In this document: piece by piece, positions 8,005 through 17,762 of the stretch | Layout of the letters: each line of letters opens with the position of its first letter | Numbering within the stretch: the stretch's first letter is position 1 | Assembly (NCBI RefSeq): GCF_000146505.1 | Contig: NC_017448.1 | Coordinates: forward strand, 930,001-962,000 | DNA length: 32,000 nucleotides | Direction: 5' to 3' | Source: Fibrobacter succinogenes subsp. succinogenes S85 | Lineage (GTDB): Bacteria > Fibrobacterota > Fibrobacteria > Fibrobacterales > Fibrobacteraceae | Made by a program: the position numbers and the translations under genes | The notes under the pieces: generated by a model | Told to the model about the DNA's origin: nothing | Database searches by the model: none | Seen by the model: the letters and a program-made list of their open reading frames with translations, nothing else

Positions 8005-8083
8005 AAGTGGTTAGTGATTAGGAATGTAATAGAAATGTTCTAATTACAATTCCTTCCTACCGCCTACTGTCTACTTCCTACTA
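8005..8083. repeat. Composite heptad-repeat block immediately downstream of the glnS stop
   Basis: On the + strand, CTACCGC CTACTGT CTACTTC CTA CTA spans 8057-8083, which reads as TAG every 7 nt on the glnS-sense strand. GTGGTTA GTGATTA spans 8007-8020. Both word families recur at 12676-12773. Confidence 0.75.
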
Positions 8084-8088
8084 TTTAA

Positions 8089-9756
8089 TTACTTTGTCGG
8101 GTTGAAAGAATCCTTCAAGCCAACAGTTCTGTTGAACACGAGGTGACCCGGCTTGGAGTCTTCGCTATCAAGGCAGAAGTAGCCCTGACGCATGAACTGG
8201 AAGCGGTCTTCGAGCTTCGCGTCGGCGAGTGCGGGTTCCACCTTGGCCTGCTTAATAACCATGGAGTTCGGGTTCAGGTAATCGTGCCAGTCTTCGCCTT
8301 CCGGGACCTGAGCAGGATCTTCGAGCGTGAACAAGTTATCAATGAGGCGCACTTCGGCATCCACAGCGTGTGCGGCAGAAACCCAGTGGATCGTGCCCTT
8401 GACCTTGCGGCCATCCGGAGATTCGCCACCCTTGCTAAGCGGGTCGTAGACGCAGTGAATGACCTTGACCTTGCCGTCATCATCCTTTTCAACGCTCTTG
8501 CAAGTGACAAAGTAAGCACCCTTGAGACGGACTTCGCCTTCCGGCTTCAAGCGGAAGTACTTCTTCGGCGGTTCTTCCATGAAGTCGTCTGCTTCGATGT
8601 AGAGTTCACCGCTGAACGGCACCTTACGCGTACCAGCGTTCGGGTCGTTCGGGTTGTTCTCGACTTCGATCATTTCGACCTTGCCTGCTTCCCAGTTGTC
8701 AATCACGAGCTTGACCGGATCAATCACGGCCATCACGCGGTTAGCGGTCTGGTTCAATTCTTCACGGATGCAGAAGTAAAGGAGGTTCACATCGACCATG
8801 GAGTCGGCCTTGGAAACACCGATGCGGCTGCAGAACTCGCGAATGGAGCTCGGGGTAAAGCCACGGCGGCGGAAACCGCAAACAGTCGGCATACGCGGGT
8901 CGTTCCAGCCAAGCACAGCCTTTGTCTGCACAAGTTCGAGGAGTTTGCGCTTACTCATCATCGTGTACGTGAGGTTCAAGCGGGCAAATTCAATCTGCTG
9001 CGGACGGTTCTGCAAACCAAGTTCAATGAGGAACCAGTCATAAAGCGGACGGTGGGCTTCGAACTCGAGCGTGCAGATGGAGTGCGTGATGCCTTCGATC
9101 CAGTCGCTAATCGGGTGGGCAAAGTCGTACATCGGGTAGATGCACCACTTGTCGCCAGTGCGATGGTGCGTGCAATGCTTGATGCGGTAGATGACCGGAT
9201 CGCGCATGTTCATGTTCGGGCTTGCGAGGTCGACCTTGGCACGGAGGCACTTTTCACCATCGGCGTACTTGCCGTCGCGCATTTCGTGGAAGAGCTTCAT
9301 GTTCTCTTCGACGCTGCGGTCGCGATAGGGGCTCGGGCGGGAGGGCTTGCCGGCATCGTTGCCGCGATATTCCTGCATTTCGTCGCGAGTCAAATCTTCG
9401 ACGTATGCCTTGCCCATTTCAATCATCTTTTCGGCAAAGGCGTAAATCTGGTCGTAGTAGTCGCTTGCGAAAAATTCTTCTTTCCATTCAAAGCCGAGCC
9501 ACTTCACGTCTTCGCGGATGGAATCGACGTATTCCACATCTTCCTTGGTCGGGTTCGTGTCGTCGAAGCGGAGGTTCGTAAAGCCGCCGAACTTTTTGGC
9601 GGTGCCGAAGTTCAAGCAGATGGACTTGGCATGGCCAATGTGAATATAGCCGTTCGGTTCGGGCGGGAAACGCGTCAGCACGTGATCGCGCTTGCCGGTC
9701 TGGAGGTCATTAACTATAATGTCCTGAATAAAATTCGAAGATTCGGGGATTTCCAT
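8089..9756 (-). CDS. glnS: Glutamine--tRNA ligase
   Basis: 555 aa. It has the class I HIGH motif ([17 protein letters not shown]), a KMSKS-like motif (VMSKRKL region: [10 protein letters not shown]), and full-length GlnRS-like sequence. Confidence 0.95.
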   Translation of the reverse strand: MEIPESSNFIQDIIVNDLQTGKRDHVLTRFPPEPNGYIHIGHAKSICLNFGTAKKFGGFTNLRFDDTNPTKEDVEYVDSIREDVKWLGFEWKEEFFASDYYDQIYAFAEKMIEMGKAYVEDLTRDEMQEYRGNDAGKPSRPSPYRDRSVEENMKLFHEMRDGKYADGEKCLRAKVDLASPNMNMRDPVIYRIKHCTHHRTGDKWCIYPMYDFAHPISDWIEGITHSICTLEFEAHRPLYDWFLIELGLQNRPQQIEFARLNLTYTMMSKRKLLELVQTKAVLGWNDPRMPTVCGFRRRGFTPSSIREFCSRIGVSKADSMVDVNLLYFCIREELNQTANRVMAVIDPVKLVIDNWEAGKVEMIEVENNPNDPNAGTRKVPFSGELYIEADDFMEEPPKKYFRLKPEGEVRLKGAYFVTCKSVEKDDDGKVKVIHCVYDPLSKGGESPDGRKVKGTIHWVSAAHAVDAEVRLIDNLFTLEDPAQVPEGEDWHDYLNPNSMVIKQAKVEPALADAKLEDRFQFMRQGYFCLDSEDSKPGHLVFNRTVGLKDSFNPTK

Positions 9757-9790
9757 AACAGGGTCCTTTTAAAATTTTACGAGGGAAATT

Positions 9791-9835
9791 TAGAAAATAG
9801 ACGAGAGACTTGAGACTAGAGACGAGAGGAAATAG
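9791..9835 (+). repeat. Heptanucleotide tandem array TAGAAAA TAGACGA GAGACTT GAGACTA GAGACGA GAGGAAA TAG
   Basis: About 6.4 units with an exact 7-nt period, lying in the divergent glnS/eamA-like intergenic region. It shares GACGAGAGACT...AGAGACGA with 5746-5780. Confidence 0.8.
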
Positions 9836-9909
9836 TGGCAATATAAGGTTATTGAACTTAGGGCTTAGACTGAACAATCTTTGACAAGCATTTCTATTTT
9901 TACACTAGA

Positions 9910-10824
9910 ATGGCAAATATTGGATATAGTTTTTTAATGGTACTGGCGGCATTTCTGTGGGGTTCCACATTTGTCGCCCAAATCGAAGGCAACGACGTCG
10001 GTCCGTTCGCTTTCGTGTGCATGCGAAATTTCATCGCCACAGGTGTCCTTTTCGGACTGGCGAAGGTATTGGACAAATTCAACAAAAGCCCTAGAAAGCC
10101 GAAAACAAAAGAAGAAAACAGGGCGCTCTGGATAGCAGGCTTATTCTGCGGGCTTACGCTTTTCTTTGCCATGAACTTGCAACAGACGGGGCTTTTTCTC
10201 GGATGTTCCGCCGGAAAGGCGGGGTTCCTCACCGCGTGCTACATCATTTTTGTCCCAATTCTAAGCACATTTTTTGGCAAGAAGATTTCCCCTAAGATTT
10301 GGCTTTGCGTTGCCATTACGCTTGAAGGGCTTTACTTGCTCTGCATCAAGGAAGATTTTACCATCCAGCCATCTGATATTATCCTATTGCTTTGCGCACT
10401 CGCCTTCGCGGCACACATTCTCGTCGTTGGGAAATACGGCCCTTACATGGACAATGTGAGACTTTCGGCAATACAGTTTCTCGTGGTCGCAACACTTTCC
10501 ATTTTTCCGATGTTTTTCGTGGACTTGAAAGGGAGTTTTGCGGGTTTTGGCACTGTCATTGAGGTCTATTCGCATTTCAAGCCGTGGATTCCGCTTTTGT
10601 ACGCGGCCATCCTTTCGAGCGGTGTCGCATTCACGTTGCAAATTGTCGCGCAAAATAAATTAAGGCCCACCATAGCATCGCTATTGATGAGCCTTGAATC
10701 TGTGTTTTCCGTGATTTCTGGATGGGTGATGCTCGGTGAGCGATTCACCCTTCAAGAAGCAATCGGTTGCGTGCTAATGTTCACCGCCGTCATCCTTGCG
10801 CAAGTCAAAATCAGACGCCGATAG
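9910..10824 (+). CDS. EamA/DMT-family transporter
   Basis: 304 aa with about 10 predicted TM helices arranged as two EamA-like halves. The N-terminus LMVLAAFLWGSTFVA is typical of the family. Confidence 0.8.
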   Translation: MANIGYSFLMVLAAFLWGSTFVAQIEGNDVGPFAFVCMRNFIATGVLFGLAKVLDKFNKSPRKPKTKEENRALWIAGLFCGLTLFFAMNLQQTGLFLGCSAGKAGFLTACYIIFVPILSTFFGKKISPKIWLCVAITLEGLYLLCIKEDFTIQPSDIILLLCALAFAAHILVVGKYGPYMDNVRLSAIQFLVVATLSIFPMFFVDLKGSFAGFGTVIEVYSHFKPWIPLLYAAILSSGVAFTLQIVAQNKLRPTIASLLMSLESVFSVISGWVMLGERFTLQEAIGCVLMFTAVILAQVKIRRR

Positions 10825-10831
10825 TGCGGAG

Positions 10832-12352
10832 TTATTCGCCTTTTTTCTTGGAACGCTTTTTAATCAACACAAGCGTACCAAAAGTAAGCACAAGGCCGAA
10901 CAACAACGAAAGCACTGCGCTACGGGTGAAACCTGCGACAATGTAGGTGACAAATGAAATTGCGGCTACGACAAGCACGTACGGGATTTGCGTATTGACG
11001 TGATTCACGTGATTGCATTCTGCACCGGCACTTGCCATAATCGTCGTATCCGAAATCGGAGAGCTGTGGTCTCCGCAAACGGCACCCGCCATGCAAGCAG
11101 AAATCGAGATGACCATGAGGCTGTAATCCACACCGCCAAACGCCGCTACGACAATCGGGATGAGGATGCCGAACGTACCCCAGGAAGTACCCGTTGCAAA
11201 AGCGAGGAACGCCGCAATCACAAAGATAATCGCAGGCATGAAGTTCATGAAGCCAGCGGCACCGCCCTTCACAAGACCTGCCACAAATTCCTTTGCGCCA
11301 AGCGCATCCGTCGTACCCTTGAGTGTCCATGCCAAAGTCAAAATCAAAATTGCAGGTACCATCGCCTTGAAGCCATCCGGTAAGCAAGCCATGCTGTGAC
11401 TGAAACGCAACACACGGCGGCTCATATAGAAACAAACGGTAAAGACAAAAGCGCCAAACGAGCCAATCGCAAGACCGACAGACGCATCGCTAGAGGCAAA
11501 CGCATCGACAAAGCCTTTCGCCGCATCGCCCGATGCAAAATAACCGCCCGTATAAATCATGCCAAGCACGCAAAACACAATCAAAGAGGCAATTGGCATT
11601 ACAAGATCAAGGACACCGCCTTTCGTCGATGTAAAATTCAAGTCTTCCATATTTCCACCAACAGCATTTGTATGCATTTCATGCTTTTTCATCGGACCGA
11701 TATTCACATTCCAAACGACAACCAAGAACAACGTAAGAATTGTCAATAACGCATAAAAATTAAACGGAATCGCCTTGATAAAGAGCGTGAGGCCATCCTC
11801 GCCTTCCACGAATCCCGAAACAGCAGCCGCCCAAGAACTGATAGGGGCGATAATGCAAATCGGTGCCGCCGTAGAATCAATCAGGTACGCAAGTTTTTCA
11901 TGGCTCACCTTGAAGCGGTCTGTTACCGGACGCATCACGCTACCCACCGTAAGGCAGTTGAAATAGTCGTCAATAAAAATCAAGATGCCAAAGCAGATCG
12001 TCGCAATCTGCGCACCGACTTTTGACTTGATATGAGCCTTGGCCCAGTTGCCAAAAGCGGCAGAGCCCCCCGCCCTATTCATGAGAGCGACCATTGCACC
12101 CAACATAACAAGGAACACGAGAATACCCACGTTATAAGGGTCTGCGACTTTTGCAATCAAGCCATTCTTGAAAACGGCATCAAAGAATCCCGAGCCAGTC
12201 CCTTGGCAAAGAAGAAGCCCACCGACAATGACGCCCACAAAAAGCGATGAATAAACTTCTTTACTCACAAGGGCAAGAATAATTGCGACAAGAGCAGGCA
12301 CGAGAGCCCAGAAAGTTCCATAAGCCATTATTGTATTTGTGGCCTGTTCCAT
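10832..12352 (-). CDS. Na+/H+ antiporter, NhaC family
   Basis: 506 aa and polytopic. It has NhaC-like segments (ALVPALVAIILALVSKEVYSSLFVGVIVG; FIDDYFNCLTVGSVMRPVTD; GDHSSPISDTTIMAS). Confidence 0.8.
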   Translation of the reverse strand: MEQATNTIMAYGTFWALVPALVAIILALVSKEVYSSLFVGVIVGGLLLCQGTGSGFFDAVFKNGLIAKVADPYNVGILVFLVMLGAMVALMNRAGGSAAFGNWAKAHIKSKVGAQIATICFGILIFIDDYFNCLTVGSVMRPVTDRFKVSHEKLAYLIDSTAAPICIIAPISSWAAAVSGFVEGEDGLTLFIKAIPFNFYALLTILTLFLVVVWNVNIGPMKKHEMHTNAVGGNMEDLNFTSTKGGVLDLVMPIASLIVFCVLGMIYTGGYFASGDAAKGFVDAFASSDASVGLAIGSFGAFVFTVCFYMSRRVLRFSHSMACLPDGFKAMVPAILILTLAWTLKGTTDALGAKEFVAGLVKGGAAGFMNFMPAIIFVIAAFLAFATGTSWGTFGILIPIVVAAFGGVDYSLMVISISACMAGAVCGDHSSPISDTTIMASAGAECNHVNHVNTQIPYVLVVAAISFVTYIVAGFTRSAVLSLLFGLVLTFGTLVLIKKRSKKKGE

Positions 12353-12355
12353 AAA

Positions 12356-12529
12356 TTACTTTTCCTCTGATTTTAAGGATTCAAGCGGATTTTTAATTCC
12401 TGCATTTTCCAATTTTTGCAAAACTTCAATAGCGTAATCAATCGCATCCAAGGAATGCGAACTCGCATACATCCTCAGGTCAGAAAGCGCATAGATCGCC
12501 CTTTGGTTGTTCATCTCTTTTTCCGACAT
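12356..12529 (-). CDS. Small hypothetical protein (57 aa) 3 nt upstream of the NhaC-family gene
   Basis: The product is MSEKEMNNQRAIYALSDLRMYASSHSLDAIDYAIEVLQKLENAGIKNPLESLKSEEK. An AAGGAGAG SD sits 5 nt upstream of the ATG (complement 12527-12529). The track's 80-aa version begins at an upstream alternative start. Confidence 0.45.
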   Translation of the reverse strand: MSEKEMNNQRAIYALSDLRMYASSHSLDAIDYAIEVLQKLENAGIKNPLESLKSEEK

Positions 12530-12675
12530 AATCTCTCCTTTGCATTTTTCAAAAAAATACCTAAAAAATCTAATTATTGCACGAAAATAAAATTGCATTT
12601 TTCGTCAAAAAAAAGTCTCTAACTACAACAAGACCCTGTAAGGCTCCTCCTAATGGAGGATGACAGCTTTCCTCC

Positions 12676-12773
12676 CTAACCACTAGCCACTAACCACTTC
12701 CTACTGCCATCCTTCCTACCGTCTACCGCCTACTCCCCCTAACCACTAATCACTAACCACTACCCACTATTTT
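12676..12773. repeat. Three adjacent heptad arrays, nearly G-free on the + strand
   Basis: The arrays are CTAACCA CTAGCCA CTAACCA (12676-12696), CTACCGT CTACCGC CTACTCC (12716-12736), and CTAACCA CTAATCA CTAACCA CTACCCA CTATTTT (12739-12773). Only 4 G occur in 12671-12773. Confidence 0.85.
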
Positions 12774-12779
12774 ATTATC

Positions 12780-12787
12780 TATATTAT

Positions 12788-12788
<1 letters not shown>
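12780..12788 (+). promoter_or_regulatory. TATATTATA -10-like box directly upstream of the TPP riboswitch
   Basis: Its position a few nt before the first conserved riboswitch nucleotides (CTGGGGTGC at 12790) fits a transcription start at the aptamer 5' end. Confidence 0.4.
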
Positions 12789-14484
<1,696 letters not shown>

Positions 14485-14525
14485 ACTGAAACTAGCCAAA
14501 CCATCCGAGAGAATTGGAGGTGTCC

Positions 14526-16307
14526 ATGGAAAACGGAAAGAAAATTCTTAACAACTTCGTAAAGAGCAAATTCGCCGACCAGAATGAACTAAAGAAGGCT
14601 TTGTTCCAAGCCGGCGTTGCCGCGCTTGACGAAGGCTGGACGTTCATGGATGCCACATTCCAGCTCGGCGGCAAGGCTCGCGACGAGGGGCTCTCGGCAG
14701 ACGATGTCGAGAAGATTTTGCGCAACGCCTTCTCCGAAGAAAAGCGCCGTACCGAACGCGAAGCCGAACAAAAGGCAGCCGCACAAGCCGCTCAAGCAGC
14801 AGCGCAACCCGCACAAGCTCCACAGGCTCAAGCCGCCCAAGCCCAGCCGGGCATGGCTTCAGGCTATGCCGCCATGGGCCCAACCGTCATCTCGCCCATT
14901 TCAGCAACGATGATGCAGCAGATGATTGCGCTCGGTCTCGACAACCAGTCTCTTGAGCTGTTGCAGAACTTCAAGATTGACCCCGAAGCGCTCTCGATTC
15001 CATGGCCCGCCCCTGACTGGCGCAAAGACTTTGCAAAGCTCTTGGCGGCAACGTTCAAGCCCGACGAAACCGTTGAATTCAAGATTTCGAACACACCATC
15101 CGGTTCTCGCGAAATCGTCTCGAAGATTATCGCGCAAGACGAAGCGCTCAAGAAAATCATGAAGCAGCTCGACGGTCCGGACGGAGCGCTCCTCACGATT
15201 AATGCAGTGAAAGGCGGCGCCGACGCCACCGACGAAAGCTGGCATTACCGTTACGTTGTCGTAGACAACCCGAAGATGACGCTTGCGAAGCAGCTCGCTT
15301 ACTACAAGGCATTGAACCTCCCCTGCGCCGCCCTTGTGAACACGGGCGCAAACTCCGTGCAGGCCTGGATCAAGATTGAAGCGCATGACCAGGAAGAATA
15401 CAAGGAACGCGTAGACTTCCTTTTCCAGACGCTTGAATCGCAAGGCTTTAAAGTCGATGACGGCAACCGCAACCCAAACCAGATGGTCCGCATGCCAGGC
15501 GTGCTCCGCAACGGCAAGCAGCAGTATCTCATCGCATTGGAACAAGGCGCCAAGAATTTCACGGAATGGCGCGAATGGGCGGAATACTCGCTCGATGGAA
15601 AGCCGCTCGTAGAACTTGCAAGCGATAGCGAAGAAGCTCCGAAAAAAGACGTTACCATTATCGAGAACGTACTCCGCGCTGGTGAATTTTTCTTGTTCAC
15701 AGCCCCGCCGAAAAGCGGAAAGTCGCTTGCGCTCATGGACATGGCGCTTTCCATTTGCCACGGCGAAGACTGGCTCGGCAACACAACAAATGCAAACGAC
15801 GTTCTGTACATCAACTTGGAACTCACCAAGTCCGTGTTCTTGAACCGTCTCTTTTTACTTGGCGAAAAGCGTAACCTCCAGCCGAACACGCCCAAATTCG
15901 GTTTCTTGAATCTCCGCGGCACAGCGCTTACACCGCTTGAAATCGCACAGCTCATCGCAAAGCGCATTCAAGGCGCCAAGAAGCTTGAAAATCACGATTA
16001 CAAGGTCGTCGTGATTGACCCGATATCTGCCGTTTTGCACAACCCGAAGTCTTCAAGACTCAGCGGCTCCCCGCACCAGATTCTGATGCAAATGGTCGAT
16101 TCGATTATCGCCCTCACAGGTTGCGCCGTCGTGACTTCCACGAACATAGGCGAATACCCCTACCTCGAATCCCGCGCCGACAGCGTCATTTCGCTCACGC
16201 CGGTTGAAGGTAGCCTGAACACGTACCAGATTAAAGGCTCGTTCCGCGAATTCCCGAAGACTCTCGCCCGCGAATGCTCCTGGATTTATCCTAGATTTAT
16301 AGTTTAA
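14526..16307 (+). CDS. Primase-helicase-like fusion: RepB-prime/AEP-like primase core plus a RecA-type (AAA_25/RepA-like) ATPase
   Basis: The ATG at 14526 follows a GGAGG SD (14516-14520). The primase-like core spans aa ~222-335 (INAVKGG...YRYVVVDNP...LVNTGANSVQAWIKI...DDGNRNPNQMVRMPGVLRNGKQQ). Walker A is APPKSGKS (15702-15725) and Walker B is KVVVIDP (16002-16022). An Ala/Gln linker lies near 14770-14850. Confidence 0.65.
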   Translation: MENGKKILNNFVKSKFADQNELKKALFQAGVAALDEGWTFMDATFQLGGKARDEGLSADDVEKILRNAFSEEKRRTEREAEQKAAAQAAQAAAQPAQAPQAQAAQAQPGMASGYAAMGPTVISPISATMMQQMIALGLDNQSLELLQNFKIDPEALSIPWPAPDWRKDFAKLLAATFKPDETVEFKISNTPSGSREIVSKIIAQDEALKKIMKQLDGPDGALLTINAVKGGADATDESWHYRYVVVDNPKMTLAKQLAYYKALNLPCAALVNTGANSVQAWIKIEAHDQEEYKERVDFLFQTLESQGFKVDDGNRNPNQMVRMPGVLRNGKQQYLIALEQGAKNFTEWREWAEYSLDGKPLVELASDSEEAPKKDVTIIENVLRAGEFFLFTAPPKSGKSLALMDMALSICHGEDWLGNTTNANDVLYINLELTKSVFLNRLFLLGEKRNLQPNTPKFGFLNLRGTALTPLEIAQLIAKRIQGAKKLENHDYKVVVIDPISAVLHNPKSSRLSGSPHQILMQMVDSIIALTGCAVVTSTNIGEYPYLESRADSVISLTPVEGSLNTYQIKGSFREFPKTLARECSWIYPRFIV

Positions 16308-16328
16308 ACATTCAACACGATTATAAAG

Positions 16329-17723
16329 ATGTACAAACAGAACAATCGTTTTTCACGCCGCTCCGAAGGGAGCATTGCCCGTAACACCATGGGCAACAGA
16401 ATCGGCAAACCCCTCGCCGGAGGCAAGTTCCACGCTTCCAGAAAATCCGATGTCCGCAAGGACGATGAACTCGAAGAAAAGAAGGCAAAGGCCGAAAAGC
16501 CTGTTGTCCGCAAAATTCTTTCGTTCGACGACATCAAGACCCAAGTTGCCGCATGGATGGAAAACGACCGCATTCCGGGAAAGTTGCAAGCCTGGTTTAC
16601 CGCCGAAGCCACTCCCGAAAACTCCGACTGGAGAATCATCAAGGAATACCACGGTGTCCAGGAAAACCTGGTCATTGACGCTCCGTCCCGCGACATGAAG
16701 CCGCTTGAGCTCGTGAAGCGCATCTTGGAACAGCTCCACAAGGAACATTTGCGCATCTTCAAAAAAGCATTGCGCCAAATCTGGTTCCGCGCCACAGGCG
16801 ACGGCCGCTTTGCTCTCCTCGTACAAGTGAATGTCAAAGGCAAAATTTCGGCACACGGCTACAAGACGTTCGTCGACTTTATCGAACGCAGCTGCCCCGA
16901 AGTCATCAGCTGCCACCAGATCCAGTGCTTGCCGGACCGTCTCTTTGACCCTGCCGATGCTCAGGGCATGAAGGTCGAATCCAAATGCTCCTTCGGCAGC
17001 AGCTTTATGCCGATTGCCTCGACCGGCTTTAGCATGCATGTTTTAGACTGGACGCCGCGCATCAAGGATGCATGGCTCAACCTCCCCGTGCGCATCAAGG
17101 ACGCCATCCACCCGAACCGCGAAGACCGTTTCTTCGAATTCTGCTCTGGCCCGTCTTACGTTTCTGCATCGCTCGCCCCGTTCTTCAAGCAGGTCGAAGC
17201 ACTTGACTGCCGCGAATCCGCCATGCAGTCTTCCAAGCTGAACATCCGTAACCTCGCCACGCAGAACATGCGTTTCCACCGCAGCCATCTGGACGCAAAC
17301 TTCGTCTCGAAATTCTTCTCGAAGAGCGATAACGCTGAAGGCCGCTGGACGTTCTACCTCAACCTGGGCATCAACGACACCATCAATTCCGAAATGGTGC
17401 AGACGCTCGCCGGTTCGCGCCCTGAACGCATTCTTTTGCAGACCGGGAACCTCGAAACCGCCTCTAAGGCGATCAAGGCTTTCCGTAACGAAGGCTACAT
17501 GCTCCGCAAGAACATTCCACTCTACATGGAACCGGGTCGTGGAACTTTCGAAATTCTCTTCTTGTTTGTACCGGATAGAGTTGGCATTTTGGGCCAGAAC
17601 CCGGCCCTTGCACACCGTTCACGCAATATCCAGCGCCCGAAAGAACGCCCCACGCGCTCAAATTCGTCGGATATTCCTCATTTTGTGCAAAAAACGCCCA
17701 CTTTTAAGCAAAGAAAAGATTAA
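16329..17723 (+). CDS. TrmA/RumA-like (uracil-5) methyltransferase-fold protein with substituted catalytic motifs; basic N- and C-terminal tails
   Basis: 464 aa. The C-terminal ~230 aa run collinear with TrmA/RlmD. FFEFCSGPSYVSASLA stands where LDLYCGxGxFSLxLA is expected, SKLNIRNLATQNMRF where A..NA..N...N..F is expected, TFYLNLGIND where DPPRxG is expected, ERILLQTGNLETASKAIKAF where IVYVSCNPxTLARD is expected, and GRGTFEILFLF where T.HVE is expected. Confidence 0.6.
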   Translation: MYKQNNRFSRRSEGSIARNTMGNRIGKPLAGGKFHASRKSDVRKDDELEEKKAKAEKPVVRKILSFDDIKTQVAAWMENDRIPGKLQAWFTAEATPENSDWRIIKEYHGVQENLVIDAPSRDMKPLELVKRILEQLHKEHLRIFKKALRQIWFRATGDGRFALLVQVNVKGKISAHGYKTFVDFIERSCPEVISCHQIQCLPDRLFDPADAQGMKVESKCSFGSSFMPIASTGFSMHVLDWTPRIKDAWLNLPVRIKDAIHPNREDRFFEFCSGPSYVSASLAPFFKQVEALDCRESAMQSSKLNIRNLATQNMRFHRSHLDANFVSKFFSKSDNAEGRWTFYLNLGINDTINSEMVQTLAGSRPERILLQTGNLETASKAIKAFRNEGYMLRKNIPLYMEPGRGTFEILFLFVPDRVGILGQNPALAHRSRNIQRPKERPTRSNSSDIPHFVQKTPTFKQRKD

Positions 17724-17762
17724 ATTATTTAACAAATACCAAATTTTTGCTTAGGGAAACGT

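Noticed and set aside
8143-9813. A 556-aa + strand ORF spanning the whole glnS locus
   Set aside because: It is an antisense shadow of a confidently identified glnS. Its composition is low-complexity and Val/Ala/Arg/His-rich, with no recognisable family. Long antisense ORFs arise from codon bias that avoids the complements of stop codons.
10825-10831. A 7-nt gap between the convergent EamA-family and NhaC-family genes with no terminator
   Set aside because: This is only the absence of a hairpin. Convergent tight packing is common, and termination may occur inside the opposing gene. There is nothing testable from sequence alone.
12645-12660. The hairpin TCCTCC-TAAT-GGAGGA (SD/anti-SD-like)
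   Set aside because: It has only a 6-bp stem and sits ~115 nt from the nearest start codon, with no adjacent ORF or T-run. It is too weak to call.
12676-12773. Telomere-like CCCTAA/TTAGGG words and the idea of a CRISPR-like array
   Set aside because: The units are 7 nt with no spacers, so this is not a CRISPR array. The CCCTAA matches are isolated inside CTAACCA heptads within an internal chromosomal region, so there is no telomeric context.
14901-15967. Minus-strand ORFs of 286 aa and 221 aa inside the primase-helicase-like gene
   Set aside because: They are antisense shadows. The + frame carries clear Walker A and B motifs and an SD-preceded start.
14526-17723. Calling this region a prophage, ICE or satellite remnant
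   Set aside because: There is no integrase, recombinase, capsid or transfer genes, tRNA target, flanking direct repeats or composition shift visible in the window. I have kept it as a finding rather than a mobile_element feature.
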